Part shown: positions 62,545-64,000 of the stretch, in pieces | Layout: each line of letters opens with the position of its first letter | Numbering within the stretch: the stretch's first letter is position 1 | Assembly: GCF_043195095.1 (NCBI RefSeq) | Contig: NZ_JBAFWN010000001.1 | DNA: 64,000 nt | Direction: 5' to 3' (one strand) | From: Xanthobacter sp. VTT E-85242 | GTDB taxonomy: Bacteria > Pseudomonadota > Alphaproteobacteria > Rhizobiales > Xanthobacteraceae | The notes under the pieces: model-generated | Seen by the model: the letters and a program-made list of their open reading frames with translations, nothing else | Databases searched by the model: none | Told to the model about the DNA's origin: nothing | Made by a program: the position numbers and the translations under genes

Positions 62545-63339
62545 ATGACGATGTCCGATTATGATCGCAACGTCGCCGGGCGTTACGGAACGACGGTGAC
62601 GCGCTCGGAGGCCGCGATCGACCAGGGCCTCCGCAGCTATATGCTGAGTGTCTACAATTACATGACCCTCGGCCTCGCCATCACCGGGCTGGCCGCGCTG
62701 GGCGTGTTCATGCTGTCCGTGACCACCGATCCCAGCCAGGCGGCGGGCCAGGTGGCCGGCGGCATCATGCTGACCAAGTTCGGCTATGCCCTGTTCGTGA
62801 GCCCGCTGAAGTGGGTGGTGATGCTCGCCCCCCTTGCGGCGGTGTTTTTCCTCAGCTTCCGCATCCAGAGCATGAGCGTGGGCGCCGCCCAGGCGACCTT
62901 CTGGGTCTATGCAGGCCTGGTGGGCGTATCGCTCGCCACGATCTTCCTCGTGTACACCCACGAGAGCATCGTGCGCGTGTTCTTCATCACCGCTGCCACG
63001 TTCGGTGCGTTGAGCCTCTACGGCTACACCACCAAGCGTGACCTGTCGGCGATGGGCTCGTTCCTGATCATGGGCCTGTTCGGCATCATCATCGCCTCGG
63101 TGGTCAACATCTTCCTCGGCTCCACGATGCTGCAGTTCATCGTGTCCGTGGTCGGCGTCCTGGTGTTCGCGGGCCTCACCGCCTACGACACCCAGCGCAT
63201 CAAGGAGATGTATTTCGCTGGCGACGACAGCTCCACCATGGGCAAGAAGGCCATCATGGGCGCCCTCGCCCTGTATCTGGACTTTATCAACCTGTTCATG
63301 ATGCTGCTGCAGCTGTTCGGCAACCGCAACAGCAACTGA
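62545..63339 (+). CDS. Bax-inhibitor-1/YccA (TMBIM) family 7-TM protein
   Basis: LRSYMLSVYNYMTLGLAITGL..., seven hydrophobic segments, conserved C-terminal ALALYLDFINLFMMLLQLFG. Confidence 0.8.
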   Translation: MTMSDYDRNVAGRYGTTVTRSEAAIDQGLRSYMLSVYNYMTLGLAITGLAALGVFMLSVTTDPSQAAGQVAGGIMLTKFGYALFVSPLKWVVMLAPLAAVFFLSFRIQSMSVGAAQATFWVYAGLVGVSLATIFLVYTHESIVRVFFITAATFGALSLYGYTTKRDLSAMGSFLIMGLFGIIIASVVNIFLGSTMLQFIVSVVGVLVFAGLTAYDTQRIKEMYFAGDDSSTMGKKAIMGALALYLDFINLFMMLLQLFGNRNSN

Positions 63340-63384
63340 TCGCCAGCATCTGATCCGCCCCTCGCGGCGGGCACATATGAAGAA

Positions 63385-63412
63385 GGCCCCGGCTTGCGCC
63401 GGGGCCTTTTTT
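63385..63412. terminator. Rho-independent terminator after the BI-1 gene
   Basis: ggccccggc-ttgc-gccggggcc perfect 9-bp stem, 4-nt loop, followed by tttttt (63407-63412). An A-rich run upstream allows bidirectional use with the convergent permease gene. Confidence 0.8.
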
Positions 63413-63473
63413 CATGCCTGCCCGTCACCCCCGCGCCAGGCTCCATGTCGGAGACCCCATGCGGGGGCTCGCA

Positions 63474-64000
63474 TCAGTCCCTGGACAAGCCCAGGCCGGG
63501 ACGCAGCCGCAGGATCACGACGCCGATCACGATGAAGCCGATGACCACATAGGGCCAGAGGTTGGCGGGGAAAGGGGGGACCGGAAAGAGCGAATTGCGG
63601 AACGGCCACACCATCGCCACCGTGCCGGCCGCGCCAATCACCCCGTAGATGAAGCGCGACCTTACGCCCACCACCGCCATCGAGACGGTGACGGCCAGAT
63701 AGACCAGGATCACGCACAAGGTGGCGATGGTGGCCACGTCGCCGAAATAATCGCCGGCCCCCAGCAGCGGACCCAGCACCACCAGGCCCAGCACCATCAA
63801 CACGCTGATCATCAATACGGCCCGCGCCGGCGTGCCGTGGACCGGATGCGCGACCCCCAGAGCCGGTGCGAGACCGGCGCGTCCGAGCGCATACAGCATG
63901 CGCCCGCCGGCGCTCACCGAGCCCAAGACGGCGGAGAAGGCCGAGATCGCGGCCGCCAGATCCAGCAGGGTCGCAAACCCGCGCGAGCCATATTTCAGCG
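63474..64000 (-). CDS. APC-family amino-acid permease, C-terminal part (5' end beyond window)
   Basis: The reverse frame is open to the window edge (...LKYGSRGFATLLDLAAAISAFSAVLGSVSAGGRMLYALGRAGL...), last TM helices, stop at 63474. Confidence 0.7.
   Translation of the reverse strand, partial: LKYGSRGFATLLDLAAAISAFSAVLGSVSAGGRMLYALGRAGLAPALGVAHPVHGTPARAVLMISVLMVLGLVVLGPLLGAGDYFGDVATIATLCVILVYLAVTVSMAVVGVRSRFIYGVIGAAGTVAMVWPFRNSLFPVPPFPANLWPYVVIGFIVIGVVILRLRPGLGLSRD

Overview
This 64-kb window is high-GC (roughly 68-70%) and comes from a proteobacterial chromosome whose gene content looks alphaproteobacterial (IalB, RcnB, HCCA-isomerase-like, ybbA/ybbP/tesA-like genes). It has three parts.

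(1) Positions 1 to about 35.5 kb: a hybrid PKS/NRPS lipopeptide biosynthetic gene cluster, on the minus strand. It contains a 14.7-kb megasynthase gene with the mycosubtilin/iturin-type beta-amino-fatty-acid initiation logic (FAAL-ACP-KS-AT-ACP-aminotransferase-C...), followed 3 nt downstream by an AsnB-type amidotransferase, then a further NRPS gene (A-T-C-A interrupted by a methyltransferase) that runs off the window start. A separately encoded C-A-T-TE termination module sits upstream in an operon with an outer-membrane beta-barrel, an SPFH/band-7 protein and a small membrane protein. The cluster also carries an Sfp-type PPTase, a type II thioesterase and, unusually, a DmpA/BapA-family (beta-)aminopeptidase plus a DAP-like D-aminopeptidase/beta-lactamase-fold hydrolase.

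(2) About 36.5 to 51.2 kb: ordinary core genes (qor, ialB, rlmN, argG, MBL hydrolase, sensor diguanylate cyclase, MarR+MFS pair, DUF3422, etc.).

(3) About 51.2 to 57.4 kb: a lower-GC island with a sulfotransferase-like gene and a large polytopic membrane protein. It also contains a perfect 619-bp-period tandem array (3 full + 1 truncated copy) of a translationally coupled two-gene module: a 63-aa DUF2384-like antitoxin-type protein and a 122-aa protein. The N-terminal 53 codons of each 122-aa gene are AT-rich and hypervariable between copies; everything else is near-identical. The array is translationally coupled to an upstream Pro/Gly-rich 220-aa ORF. It is my top candidate for an undescribed system.

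The window ends with ybbP/ybbA/tesA-like genes, an outer-membrane protein, a BI-1/YccA-family protein, a clear rho-independent terminator and a partial APC permease.

All calls come from reading the sequence and ORF translations by eye. No database searches were run. ORF-track coordinates include the stop codon, and I follow that convention.
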